Part shown: piece after piece, positions 40,047-50,070 of the stretch
Numbering within the stretch: the stretch's first letter is position 1
Layout of the letters: each line of letters opens with the position of its first letter
The notes under the pieces: model-generated
The model's input: the letters and a program-made list of their open reading frames with translations, nothing else
Database searches by the model: none
What the model was told of the DNA's origin: nothing
DNA from: a virus
Taxonomy: Duplodnaviria; Caudoviricetes
DNA: 64,000 nucleotides
Virus record (IMG/VR): IMGVR_UViG_3300028886_000036
Location: 128,001-192,000 of that record
Direction: 5' to 3' (one strand)
Translations under genes and position numbers: made by a program

Positions 40047-40127
40047 TTACAGAACTGCTACGACGATAGCCATAGCTTCTTTAATAGTAAGCATCTTAAT
40101 AAATGAAAATGTAAACACGCTAAACAT
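40047..40127 (-). CDS. 26-aa hydrophobic peptide (not in ORF track)
   Basis: AAAGGAGGT RBS; MFSVFTFSFIKMLTIKEAMAIVVAVL*. Confidence 0.5.
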   Translation of the reverse strand: MFSVFTFSFIKMLTIKEAMAIVVAVL

Positions 40128-40183
40128 CTATGCCACCTCCTTTCTATAGGAGATAACATAAATTTTAGCTGGTCGAACGCAGC

Positions 40184-40444
40184 TCATTGCTGCAACAAGT
40201 TACTTATTAATATTTCGTTAGTTATCCTATCAGTTATTTCATACAATATTTTGCATGTTTCTGGTGCTGTTCCTATAAATAATAGATTAACTCCATACCT
40301 TGCAAAATCAAACACTATATTATTTTTAAAATAATGTAGATTTTGCTCTTTATATCGTTTCACCTCCTTCTTCATCTCATCACTATTCCACGCTAACCTA
40401 ACAAGACTTGATGCAAAAACTTTGAGCATAGGCTTACTTAGCAT
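40184..40444 (-). CDS. Small hypothetical protein
   Basis: AAAGGAGG RBS. Confidence 0.6.
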   Translation of the reverse strand: MLSKPMLKVFASSLVRLAWNSDEMKKEVKRYKEQNLHYFKNNIVFDFARYGVNLLFIGTAPETCKILYEITDRITNEILISNLLQQ

Positions 40445-40507
40445 ATGCCCTCCTCCTTTCTCCCTATTATAGGGAAATTACACCCATTTGAAATACAGGT
40501 GCAATAG

Positions 40508-40524
40508 AAGTATATATATTCAAA
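40508..40524 (-). promoter_or_regulatory. Putative phage-RNAP promoter motif
   Basis: TTTGAATATATATACTT. Confidence 0.55.
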
Positions 40525-40535
40525 ACACAAAATAA

Positions 40536-40568
40536 AAGTAGACACCGCTATTACAGCAGTGTCTACTT
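40536..40568 (-). terminator. Intrinsic terminator after beta set B
   Basis: aagtagacac...gtgtctactt + T-tract. Confidence 0.75.
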
Positions 40569-40575
40569 ATTTTAT

Positions 40576-43500
40576 TTAACCATTAATATCAATGCCCATA
40601 CCTGTTATAACAGCATTAAAGTATTCTCCAGCTCCGGATAACTTAATTTCAGTAGTAATGTCAGCACTTCCATTTCTTATTATATCAGATATAACCTGTC
40701 GTTTTACATCGGAATTTTCAGCAGATACAGCAAACATTTGCTTAATAATTTCTTTACCTTCATTACCATATGATAATAAGCACCAAGTATCCATTTCACC
40801 CATTCTTTGACCTCCAGCTCTAGCTTTTCCTCTAGTGGGGCTCATAGAAGTCTTAACATATCTACCAACATTTCTAGCATGAGATTTAAGTTCAGCAATC
40901 TGTTCAAGTCTCTGGAAATACATAATACCACAAGCCACAGGATATCTTGTCTTAGCATTTGGACCTAATTCTGGTATAGTCAAGTATTCACAGAATTTAG
41001 CACCAAACTTTTTACTAGCTGCAATTATTTGATCTATGCTATCCCCTTGAAATGGAGCTACTAATAATTTTAATTTACTCTGTATAGCATCTTGAACATA
41101 CTTATCAAATTCACTAGAATTCATGGCCCTCAAGTTCTGAGCTATCTTAGAACTATAGGTTTTATTGTCAGTACCGTCCATAGATTTATATAAGTCTATA
41201 ATAAAGTTTTCAATAGCAGTTCTTCCAGCTTTTTTATTGTACATATTAGTCAAAGTTTCAGTAGCTTTAAGCATTATTCTAGATGCAGCTAATTCATGTA
41301 ACTGACCAACATTCATTCTTCCAATTACACAAAGATTTGGATATATAACTTCTATAGCTTTTCCATCTTCTGTGTGAGGCATAAGATTATCTGGAAGTAT
41401 CTTAGTAATAACACCTTTACCACCATGCCTGTTAGATAACTTATCTCCAAGATTAGCTGGCATATAAGATACAAGTTCTATAATGACTTTATTACCTTTA
41501 AATGCTTCTCCATGATCGGTATATTTACCAGCATTGTTAAGTATAGCTCTTTTATCAAAGAACTTCTTTCCACCAGCCTTAGTTATAGCATCATTAGATT
41601 GGGCATAGTACTGTTCAGTATGATTAATAAGATCCATAACTTGTGATACATCACCGTTAGGGAAGAACTCACATCCAACTACTTTACAGTCAGTTGGAGC
41701 TATTAATTCATAATCATCACTTAAAGCCATATCTCCTACAATAGATTTCTTAATTCTAAGAACCGTATCTCCAGCTTTAAAAGACTGTCCAATTCTAGGG
41801 AATACTTCAATCTGATCATTTGGTAATAATGTAACTTCTGTTTTATCATTATGTAACGAAGTAATTCTCTTAGCAAATGATTCTGAAATAATAAAACCGT
41901 CCTCATAGTTATAACCCATATATGACATATAACAAGTTAAAGCATTGATCCCCTGAGTAAGAGTTGGCTTAATAAACTGATTAGATGCAAGTATTTGGAA
42001 CTTATTAACTTTATCTCCAGCTTTAACTGTAGGTGTATATTCTAATGCTGCATTCTTTCCAGAGCCTGAAATAAGACATTTAGGTCTAATATCTATGATT
42101 TCATTTCTATTATCATCACCTTTTACTATAATTACCTTATCATCAACATAAGTTACTGTGCCGTTTGCAGACGATTTTTTAGCAAAAGTAGATGAGCACA
42201 TAGCCGGTATAACAGCCTCAGCGCCGGTACCAATAATAGGAGCTTCAGAATTCTCAATAGGAACCGTCTGTCTAGCCTGATTGGCAGCCATGATAGCTCT
42301 AGCTTGGTCATCTGCATCTATATACGGAGTGCAGGATAACGCTGGTCCCATTATTTGAGTATTTTTAGGATTAATCTCCATTGGCATAAAACCGTGTTGT
42401 TCTGAATCATACAAATGACCTAAAGATAAGAATATTCTAGTTCCAGGGTCTCCTTCAGAAGTATCTGACGGATCTAAATTACCAAAATGAGATACTCTAA
42501 CCGCTCTATCTCTAGGCATTATAGCATCAGAATTTGGCAATCCACCGGGACCAGCTATTCTAACTGCTGCATAGTTACTAACTTCTTCTATTGGATTCTG
42601 TTCCTGTAATTGCTGAAGAGCACCCTGATCTCTGAAGAATTTAGTAACAAATCCAGAGTCTACACTAATTTCTTTATTAGGATCATAAAGATGCTTTCTT
42701 TTAAAGTTACTAATCCCCTGGTCAATGCCCTTTTCAACGGCAGTTGTAATAATATCAGTTGTTCTCAAATATACATTTTCTATACTTAATTTATCAGATA
42801 CAGCGCCTGAAATAGCTTTATCCGCACAGAATGGAATAATCTCCTTAAGCACAAATGGTAATTGATTGGATTTAAGAACATTTTCAGTTTGGACATCTAC
42901 AATATATTTAATACACTGTCTTAAAACATACTCAGTTTTAGCAGCTCCTGTATATGCCTTTAAACATTCAAAGGCTTCTTGCGTGGAAGTTATATTCTTA
43001 AATTTATATTTTCTAAACATCAATCTTAAACCAGTCTCAATCACTCTATGATGAACATTAGTCTGATCAAAATCACAAACCAACCATTGTTCATTATCTA
43101 ACTGATAACAAGTTTTACCTCTAATCTTTTTATCAGAAAGCATATGATTAACATTATAGTATCTAAGCACGCCTTCTATACCAAGTATAAGAGAGAATAA
43201 CAAAGCTAATGGGATTTTAACTCCACCAACAAAGCATCTAACGTCTTCCTGTTTGTTGAATATTCCATAAAAGAAGGAAATAGATGAATAGTTAGTTCTA
43301 ATTTGTGAATGATGCTTCTTAACTATAAATATAGGAAGAGTAGCCATAATTGTTGGGAAGAACCATTTGAGTCCACCAGAAACAACAAATCTATCTTCAT
43401 GAATAGCTGGAACTCTAAACTTTAAAGTAACCGTTTTTCTAGAAGTTGTAATGCACTTAATATTGATTATATCAAAATCTGATTTATACATTTCTGTATC

Positions 43501-45105
43501 AGCACCTAATGATTGTGTAAACCAAACTTTCTGTACTTTATATCCAATCTCAGATAATCTACCAGATACTGATCTAAAGATGTCATTAACAATTTTATCT
43601 TGATATTTATGTCTTCTAGCAATAGCCATACTAATATTGTTAGTAATTAAAGAATTAACTAATTTATTATCATTAACCTCATCAATATTCTCATCCTTAT
43701 CATATCCAAGTTCTCTAACAACATTCTCTTGTTTTTCAATATCAGGAGTTATCTCTGGTATGTCTCCTGGTTTTATTGTTTTCATAACATTCTTTAATAC
43801 TTTAGTATTTGCAACAGCTGCCTGGGCAATATCTATTTGCTTCTGTTTATCGTTACTATTAACAGCATCTACAGCTGTAACTGCAGCTTGTGGATTTGCT
43901 CTAGTTAATGCATTTAGTCTATTTGCTAAAACAGAACTATTAATACTAAAGTTATTCATAATAGATCTTGCACTTTTGCTAATCTCTCTTACAGCAGCAT
44001 CAATATCCGCCTGCCCTATAGCTTTAAGCTTTGATTCATTATCGTTAGCTTTTTTAATAGGATCCCTTTTAGCTACAGGAAGTATTATCTTTTTAACTAT
44101 AGGATTACTATCATTTTGTTTATCTCCTCTATCAATAATAACATCTTGCTTAATAACTGGCTTCGGCGGTTCTTCTTTTTTAACCATTTGGAATCTATTA
44201 TTGAAGGTTGGAGTAACGCCTCTAGTTTGAACATTATTAGTAGGAATATTCATTCTCATAGCAGTTCCAGCTGGGTTAGGCTGCATAGGAACCGATTGAG
44301 GGCGATTATTACCAAAGCCGAAGAAGTTCTTTATTTTACCAAACATTCCTGGCTGAGGAGGATCTACTTCTGATTTAGGAGGCATCTTTTGTAAAGACAT
44401 TCTAAGATCCGCCATGGATATAGTCTTTTTCTTTTCCTCTTCCTCTTCCTCATCAACAATTCTTGTATTGATAGCATCTCTAATAAACTTAAAGCACATT
44501 TGGAATGTATTCTTCTTATCCAATGCTTTATCATAAATTAATCTAAATTGACCTTTCGATACAGAAAACAAAACTATCTTACTATATGGAACTGACATAT
44601 ACTGCATCTTTCTTAATTTATACAATATGTTAAAAAGATACATATCCTTCATATTAATCTTTTGTCCTAATATACTTGAATCTACGACATACAGTAATAT
44701 TTGTTCATTTCCCAAGTTATTCATACTATTAACTGTATTAGCCATAAAGTTAGATGCAATTTCTACATATCTTAAAGATTCTAACTTATTCTTCATATAC
44801 ATCATATATGGTGTAATATCATATACAAAAGTTTTATTATTAGAGAATTGTGATAAAACTGGATATACATTAAGTGATCCATAGTTCTTTTTAACTTCTT
44901 CAGTTCTAGTTATAAGTAATTTATTAAAAACTCTCAACGATTTAGGCTGATATGCATATAACGGTGGCATATTAAGAGGAAGCCTATCAAAATAAGTTGC
45001 GCCTATTGGGGCACCTTCAACTAAAAGATGTATTATATACCCTTTTCTAGGAATCATAAGATTAGGTGCCATAGTAGAATGAAGTTTTAATGATTTAATT
45101 TGCAT
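40576..45105 (-). CDS. rpoB: RNA polymerase beta subunit, set B, with long N-terminal extension (probable virion RNAP)
   Basis: MAANQARQ, GYNYEDGFIIS, GDKLSNRHGGKGVI, RMNVGQ, GGQRMGEMDTWCL. Confidence 0.93.
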   Translation of the reverse strand: MQIKSLKLHSTMAPNLMIPRKGYIIHLLVEGAPIGATYFDRLPLNMPPLYAYQPKSLRVFNKLLITRTEEVKKNYGSLNVYPVLSQFSNNKTFVYDITPYMMYMKNKLESLRYVEIASNFMANTVNSMNNLGNEQILLYVVDSSILGQKINMKDMYLFNILYKLRKMQYMSVPYSKIVLFSVSKGQFRLIYDKALDKKNTFQMCFKFIRDAINTRIVDEEEEEEKKKTISMADLRMSLQKMPPKSEVDPPQPGMFGKIKNFFGFGNNRPQSVPMQPNPAGTAMRMNIPTNNVQTRGVTPTFNNRFQMVKKEEPPKPVIKQDVIIDRGDKQNDSNPIVKKIILPVAKRDPIKKANDNESKLKAIGQADIDAAVREISKSARSIMNNFSINSSVLANRLNALTRANPQAAVTAVDAVNSNDKQKQIDIAQAAVANTKVLKNVMKTIKPGDIPEITPDIEKQENVVRELGYDKDENIDEVNDNKLVNSLITNNISMAIARRHKYQDKIVNDIFRSVSGRLSEIGYKVQKVWFTQSLGADTEMYKSDFDIINIKCITTSRKTVTLKFRVPAIHEDRFVVSGGLKWFFPTIMATLPIFIVKKHHSQIRTNYSSISFFYGIFNKQEDVRCFVGGVKIPLALLFSLILGIEGVLRYYNVNHMLSDKKIRGKTCYQLDNEQWLVCDFDQTNVHHRVIETGLRLMFRKYKFKNITSTQEAFECLKAYTGAAKTEYVLRQCIKYIVDVQTENVLKSNQLPFVLKEIIPFCADKAISGAVSDKLSIENVYLRTTDIITTAVEKGIDQGISNFKRKHLYDPNKEISVDSGFVTKFFRDQGALQQLQEQNPIEEVSNYAAVRIAGPGGLPNSDAIMPRDRAVRVSHFGNLDPSDTSEGDPGTRIFLSLGHLYDSEQHGFMPMEINPKNTQIMGPALSCTPYIDADDQARAIMAANQARQTVPIENSEAPIIGTGAEAVIPAMCSSTFAKKSSANGTVTYVDDKVIIVKGDDNRNEIIDIRPKCLISGSGKNAALEYTPTVKAGDKVNKFQILASNQFIKPTLTQGINALTCYMSYMGYNYEDGFIISESFAKRITSLHNDKTEVTLLPNDQIEVFPRIGQSFKAGDTVLRIKKSIVGDMALSDDYELIAPTDCKVVGCEFFPNGDVSQVMDLINHTEQYYAQSNDAITKAGGKKFFDKRAILNNAGKYTDHGEAFKGNKVIIELVSYMPANLGDKLSNRHGGKGVITKILPDNLMPHTEDGKAIEVIYPNLCVIGRMNVGQLHELAASRIMLKATETLTNMYNKKAGRTAIENFIIDLYKSMDGTDNKTYSSKIAQNLRAMNSSEFDKYVQDAIQSKLKLLVAPFQGDSIDQIIAASKKFGAKFCEYLTIPELGPNAKTRYPVACGIMYFQRLEQIAELKSHARNVGRYVKTSMSPTRGKARAGGQRMGEMDTWCLLSYGNEGKEIIKQMFAVSAENSDVKRQVISDIIRNGSADITTEIKLSGAGEYFNAVITGMGIDING

Positions 45106-45123
45106 ACTCTAATACCTCCAGTA

Positions 45124-48063
45124 TTACGCATTAACAATATCGTCCAGATCTGATTTAATCCTAAACGAATTATCATCAGTCAATACCGCTGTTGTAAATG
45201 CTTTACTGACATTTTCAAAAGCAGCTCCTCTTCTCCAATTCTCATAAACAGCAACCTGTTTAAGACCAACTCTAAGAGGTTCTCCTTTATGATCGCATCT
45301 ATATGGTATAGCAGGAGTTTTTGCATTTCTAAACAACTGGGACACAAATACCTCAAACGCCCACATTGGTACTCCTGGAAGAGTATTATAATACATCAGT
45401 TCAACCAGTTTATCTGGGTTTGTAATATTAGTTTGTTGGGCAAGTTTTTGTACCTGCATAACAGCCCCTGTTGTAGAGCCAGCAGAGTTCTTCATAGAGC
45501 CAAATATAATATCTTTTGCATAGGGAATCCTAAACGCATTGCCAATATCCTCCAAATCATCTGGATCATTAACTAATAAAGTAAAATCATATGGTAAATC
45601 AAGAACTATTTTAAGTTTTCCAGATTCAATAGTAAAGCTTTTAAATGTCATTTCACCACTAGCATTACTTAAAATTTCTTCTTTTGGTACAGTAACTATT
45701 ATAGGTACCGTTGCAATAACATTATCGTGTTTATCCTGAATACAAACATTTTTAATATCAGGGTTAGATGATAAGAAATTAGCAGCACCTTTAGATGAAG
45801 TTGAGTGGAATGTCTGCATGGTTAATTGAGCTCCTCTTTCACCAACAGCTTGTGCAGCAAGAATTCCAACATTATACGATCCAAGCTTATCATAAAGATC
45901 ATAAGGTAAACAATCCAAACCAAGTTTAAATGGCTCCCAATACACTGGCGAAATAATATCTACTTTCTGGCCAATGTAATCTTCTCCGTTTTCAATAATT
46001 TGACCATTCCATAGTTTTCTGTGATATAACCCATTAGCCATATATTTATCTCTAACATTAACCCTTAAAGGTTTAAATGCATGATTGCCTTTCATAGCAG
46101 GATCCAATACTATAGATGCTGCTAAATAAATAAACTGTCTAGTCATATAACCAGAATTAGCAGTCATCTGAGATCTATCAACTAGCCCAGATCTACCAGA
46201 AACTGATGTAACATAATAATCACTAGGATTAAGGCCTTGCCCGGTTGCTGTTTTAACTGGAGTAGGAATAATTTCTCCATCCTGATTGGCGACATATCCT
46301 TTAGCTACAAATGATGCTTTAATATTGCCAACTTTCTTTTCAGCTCCAGATGCTAAAAAGTCAGCTATTAAGTTATCTGTATCAGCAAATTCTTTCATAA
46401 CATCTTGTGTTAGTTTTTCCAAGTTTTCAGGTATTTCTGTACCCTTAGAGAAAATTTCATCCTTTCTTTTAAGGAATTTATCATCAAGCCTATATATGCT
46501 GATATCCAATGTTTTACCAATTATAGTAGGAATTTTACACGCAGATCTAGCTAATAATCCAGCTCTATGAAATATTTCATCAGAAGGTACTTTGCCAATT
46601 AACTTCCTCAATATTTTAATAGCACCTTTACCATTAACTTGTTCTGTACACGGCATTCCAACTATAATCTCAAATATTGCTCTACCAGCAGTTGTTACAG
46701 ATCCATTATATTTAACAGGAAATGCTGCATCATTATGCTCAAAAATAACTGCTTCAGCTTCTTCAACTGTATTTACAGTAGGAGGATTCACTACTTTTGG
46801 ACCCTTATAATCAGCTGTAAGATAATATATACCTAACGGAACATCTTTTTTAAATTCAAATGATAAATCGTCATCACCTTTAGAAGATGAGCAATCTTTC
46901 CCAATTAATACTTTTTCTTTAGCCAACTTTTGAGCTGTACTAGTTATAGGTAAAAATATAGCCATCTGATCTCCATCAAAATCCGCATTAAATGGTCCAC
47001 ATATAATTGGATGTATGTGGAATGTTTCGTCGTTTACTAATTTCATATACATTCCTCTGACAGAATGTCTATGTAAGCAAGGATCTCGTTTAGCTAAAAC
47101 TACTTTACCTTCCATAGCTTTCTTCAATGCATTAATGACTACTTCCTTAACATTTGCAGGAACCTCATTAGACTTTTCTTTAACTTGATCTATAACTCTA
47201 CCTATATTAAGCTGAGTTGCTTTAACTCCGGCTTTTTCTAAATCATCTTTAAAATCAAATAATAAATTATGTGTAACAAAAGGTTTAAGCAAAGTTAATG
47301 CTATATCTTCTGGAACTCCTATAGTATTAGGCTCAATATTAATATCTCCAGTAATAACCGCTCTTGCCGAGAAATCCATTATCTTACCTAAAAGATTGCT
47401 TCTCTGAATACCTTGCTTACCTTTTATAAGATTAGTTAACTCCTGATATACCTGATATACTTCTTTTTGTATTCTAAGAGTAACTGATCTTAAGTTATTC
47501 CCAGTAGAAAATCTAACTACATTAGCATCATTAATTATCTGTGAGTAGTAACTATTGATAGGTGTCATTTCTATTTTATTTCTAACAATATCAACTGGCC
47601 TATACTGTGGGGGGACAACTATAAGTTTATCAATAAATGCGAATGCCTTATATTTCACAATATATCTTAATAGTTTTATTCCAGCATCAGTTACCATATT
47701 CTTTTCAATAAGTTGCTTACATATCTCTTCAGTATGCTCTATAAAAAAGGGGATACCGTAGTATCCCAATGAATTCTTTTCTATCGACTCTGTATCTGGA
47801 TTTAATGAGATTTCTCCAGTAAAAAACTTTAATAAAGCAGATGCTCTTCTATCTGCTATTTCATATAACAATGGATGTAATACTTGTGTGTTCAAGGAAA
47901 TAAACCCAAATACACTTCTCCATCTTGCACTATTTGGTAATCCAAAAATATAATTACTAAAAAGTCCGTTATCATCAAACTTTTCAGCTTTCATAATATT
48001 AGCTGTAGTAACTTCTTTTACATCATTATCAGCTATAAATTTATTAATATCAAGTAATAGCAA
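45124..48063 (-). CDS. rpoC: RNA polymerase beta' subunit, set B, lacking Zn sites
   Basis: NGLFSNYIFG, GKIMDFSARAVI, KRDPCLHR, FNADFDGDQM, AAQAVGERGAQLTMQTFH. Confidence 0.95.
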   Translation of the reverse strand: MLLLDINKFIADNDVKEVTTANIMKAEKFDDNGLFSNYIFGLPNSARWRSVFGFISLNTQVLHPLLYEIADRRASALLKFFTGEISLNPDTESIEKNSLGYYGIPFFIEHTEEICKQLIEKNMVTDAGIKLLRYIVKYKAFAFIDKLIVVPPQYRPVDIVRNKIEMTPINSYYSQIINDANVVRFSTGNNLRSVTLRIQKEVYQVYQELTNLIKGKQGIQRSNLLGKIMDFSARAVITGDINIEPNTIGVPEDIALTLLKPFVTHNLLFDFKDDLEKAGVKATQLNIGRVIDQVKEKSNEVPANVKEVVINALKKAMEGKVVLAKRDPCLHRHSVRGMYMKLVNDETFHIHPIICGPFNADFDGDQMAIFLPITSTAQKLAKEKVLIGKDCSSSKGDDDLSFEFKKDVPLGIYYLTADYKGPKVVNPPTVNTVEEAEAVIFEHNDAAFPVKYNGSVTTAGRAIFEIIVGMPCTEQVNGKGAIKILRKLIGKVPSDEIFHRAGLLARSACKIPTIIGKTLDISIYRLDDKFLKRKDEIFSKGTEIPENLEKLTQDVMKEFADTDNLIADFLASGAEKKVGNIKASFVAKGYVANQDGEIIPTPVKTATGQGLNPSDYYVTSVSGRSGLVDRSQMTANSGYMTRQFIYLAASIVLDPAMKGNHAFKPLRVNVRDKYMANGLYHRKLWNGQIIENGEDYIGQKVDIISPVYWEPFKLGLDCLPYDLYDKLGSYNVGILAAQAVGERGAQLTMQTFHSTSSKGAANFLSSNPDIKNVCIQDKHDNVIATVPIIVTVPKEEILSNASGEMTFKSFTIESGKLKIVLDLPYDFTLLVNDPDDLEDIGNAFRIPYAKDIIFGSMKNSAGSTTGAVMQVQKLAQQTNITNPDKLVELMYYNTLPGVPMWAFEVFVSQLFRNAKTPAIPYRCDHKGEPLRVGLKQVAVYENWRRGAAFENVSKAFTTAVLTDDNSFRIKSDLDDIVNA

Positions 48064-48080
48064 TTATGTAACCTCCTTGG

Positions 48081-48671
48081 TTACTGTTGAGTTCCTTCTT
48101 CCTGGGATACAGTAATTTCCTCCTGCTTAGAATCAGGAGTCTTTTCTACATCAGCAGAGGTATCCTCAACTTCAAATTTTCCATCTCTTAAATCTTTTAA
48201 GTTATGGAGTGTAATATAAAAATCTGCAATAATTTTGTCAAATCTTTTCATAAGTCTTTCTTTAACAACTGCTCTACATTGCTTAATAGTTCTAACTGCA
48301 GGACCAGATTTAGCAGTTTCAATCCTAATACCAAATTGATTCCAAACTTCACTAATAGCATCCATTAAAGACATATTTAATAATACTTTAGCTTGTCTTT
48401 GCAGCTTACTCGCATCTAGACTAAAAGGAGAATTCTTTTCAGTATAAGGATACTTCTTATCAGGATCAGTAGCTTTAGGATCAACCACTGTGGTTGGATC
48501 TACATAGCAAATGCTCATATATTCCACCACAAGGTTATCTAAAGTATCGTATAATCTTTTATCTATTGCAATCTCATAAGGACGCAACAAAGTTTTAAGG
48601 TTTTCTCCTGGAGTGTTATCACTAGCTAACACATTAAACCACTTTTTAATCAACATTGACATTAGTAACAT
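48081..48671 (-). CDS. Hypothetical protein upstream of beta' set B
   Basis: Coupled ORF in the RNAP operon. Confidence 0.55.
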   Translation of the reverse strand: MLLMSMLIKKWFNVLASDNTPGENLKTLLRPYEIAIDKRLYDTLDNLVVEYMSICYVDPTTVVDPKATDPDKKYPYTEKNSPFSLDASKLQRQAKVLLNMSLMDAISEVWNQFGIRIETAKSGPAVRTIKQCRAVVKERLMKRFDKIIADFYITLHNLKDLRDGKFEVEDTSADVEKTPDSKQEEITVSQEEGTQQ

Positions 48672-50013
48672 ACATCCTTTCTACTTGTGAATTAATAAAA
48701 TCCTTATAGTCTTCTGAAGCAACTTTACGTAAATAATCAACAAACTCATCAATAAACTTAAACCAGTTTATCTCCAATTCTTCATTAGTGTTAACATCAA
48801 CATACTTATACTGATATAACACACTAATACTTTCTATAACTATTTTTTTCAAATTAGCATGATTCAAAAATTTATAGTATTTACCAAGTTCCCTACTAAC
48901 AATAGTACTTTGAGCATATGCTTTTATATCATCTGATAAAGGTTTTCTATCTTGAGATATAGCAGAGGCACTAGTTAATAACTTAAGTAACTCAGTTTTA
49001 TCTGGGTCATGATCTTTAAGAAAATCATAACAATATAAATTAATCAGACAATTATTGTCTAAAGAGATATGATATGAGTTGATTCCAAATATCTTAAATA
49101 TCAATGGATTACATATGTTAACCACTGTTGTATAAGCATTATAGTTACTAAGTTTATTAGCAAGATCTTCATATTTTTTAAATATTGGTTCAAAACATAC
49201 TTTAACTATAGATCTATAGTATATTTCATACTCTTCAATTCTATTAGTATTCTCATTGACAGAAATGTTATTGATTGTACTGTTTACAAACTTTATACCA
49301 AAATTAGTTCTTAATAACCAATCGACTTCATTCTTACATATGCTAATCATGTATGCTATAGGATTTTCTTCTGGTTTTAACGATGGTAAAGCTTTATAAA
49401 TAACTGAGCTAAGTAATCTTAACGCATATCCGTCTGAAGTATAACCTGTAGTTACAGAAAGAAGATCCCATATCTTTTTACCAGATTTAGTAGGATAAGT
49501 ACTCATTATAATACTGTTAATTATCTTATACAACTTATCTAACGTACCATTATTGATCATATCTCTACAGATATATTTTTGCATTTCTTTTTGTGATAAC
49601 TGATCCATAGAATCATCTGTTAAATAACAAACAATAAAAAATCTAGTTCTGATAGAAGTTTTAAATAAATCTTCAGATTCCTTTAGATTGATATTCAGAG
49701 TATATGTGGAATCCTCTTTAACATTCATATTAGTACCAAGATTCATATTAGTATAAGTTTTATCTATAAGATAAAATAGCTTATTACTATACTTTAAAAA
49801 CACTTGATATTTACTAGTAGACTCCAAGTACTCCTTCAAAAACTGTTCATATATGTTTAACAGATCTTTATTAAGAGTTAACATATTATTAACTACACCG
49901 AAAATATCATTAAACTTATTAACTAAAGCAGCAAGCTCTGTAGAGAAAGAAGCTACACTGCCATTTGAAAAAATAAAATCAATGGTTTTCTTTTGTTTAG
50001 ATTTTACATACAT
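48646..50013 (-). CDS. Candidate RNAP promoter-specificity (sigma-like, phiKZ gp68/AR9 gp226-type) subunit
   Basis: 455 aa, helical, KLY...IWD...G...AL...LP...NPI.Y pattern; adjacent to RNAP genes. Confidence 0.45.
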   Translation of the reverse strand: MYVKSKQKKTIDFIFSNGSVASFSTELAALVNKFNDIFGVVNNMLTLNKDLLNIYEQFLKEYLESTSKYQVFLKYSNKLFYLIDKTYTNMNLGTNMNVKEDSTYTLNINLKESEDLFKTSIRTRFFIVCYLTDDSMDQLSQKEMQKYICRDMINNGTLDKLYKIINSIIMSTYPTKSGKKIWDLLSVTTGYTSDGYALRLLSSVIYKALPSLKPEENPIAYMISICKNEVDWLLRTNFGIKFVNSTINNISVNENTNRIEEYEIYYRSIVKVCFEPIFKKYEDLANKLSNYNAYTTVVNICNPLIFKIFGINSYHISLDNNCLINLYCYDFLKDHDPDKTELLKLLTSASAISQDRKPLSDDIKAYAQSTIVSRELGKYYKFLNHANLKKIVIESISVLYQYKYVDVNTNEELEINWFKFIDEFVDYLRKVASEDYKDFINSQVERMYVTNVNVD

Positions 50014-50020
50014 TTAGGTT

Positions 50021-50049
50021 GCTAGGGGTAGTTGTTGGCTACCCCTAGC
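50021..50049. other. Strong hairpin directly upstream of the 50013 start codon
   Basis: gctaggggtag-ttgttgg-ctacccctagc. Confidence 0.6.
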
Positions 50050-50070
50050 TTTATAGCTCCTCTCTAGTTA

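Noticed and set aside
40160-40186. preQ1-like riboswitch hairpin
   Set aside because: Loop and A-rich tail do not match the preQ1-I consensus, and there is no relevant downstream gene
43637-44230. Plus-strand ORFs antisense to RNAP, topoisomerase, sbcC and other genes
   Set aside because: Shadow ORFs of strongly supported minus-strand genes; no RBS or motifs
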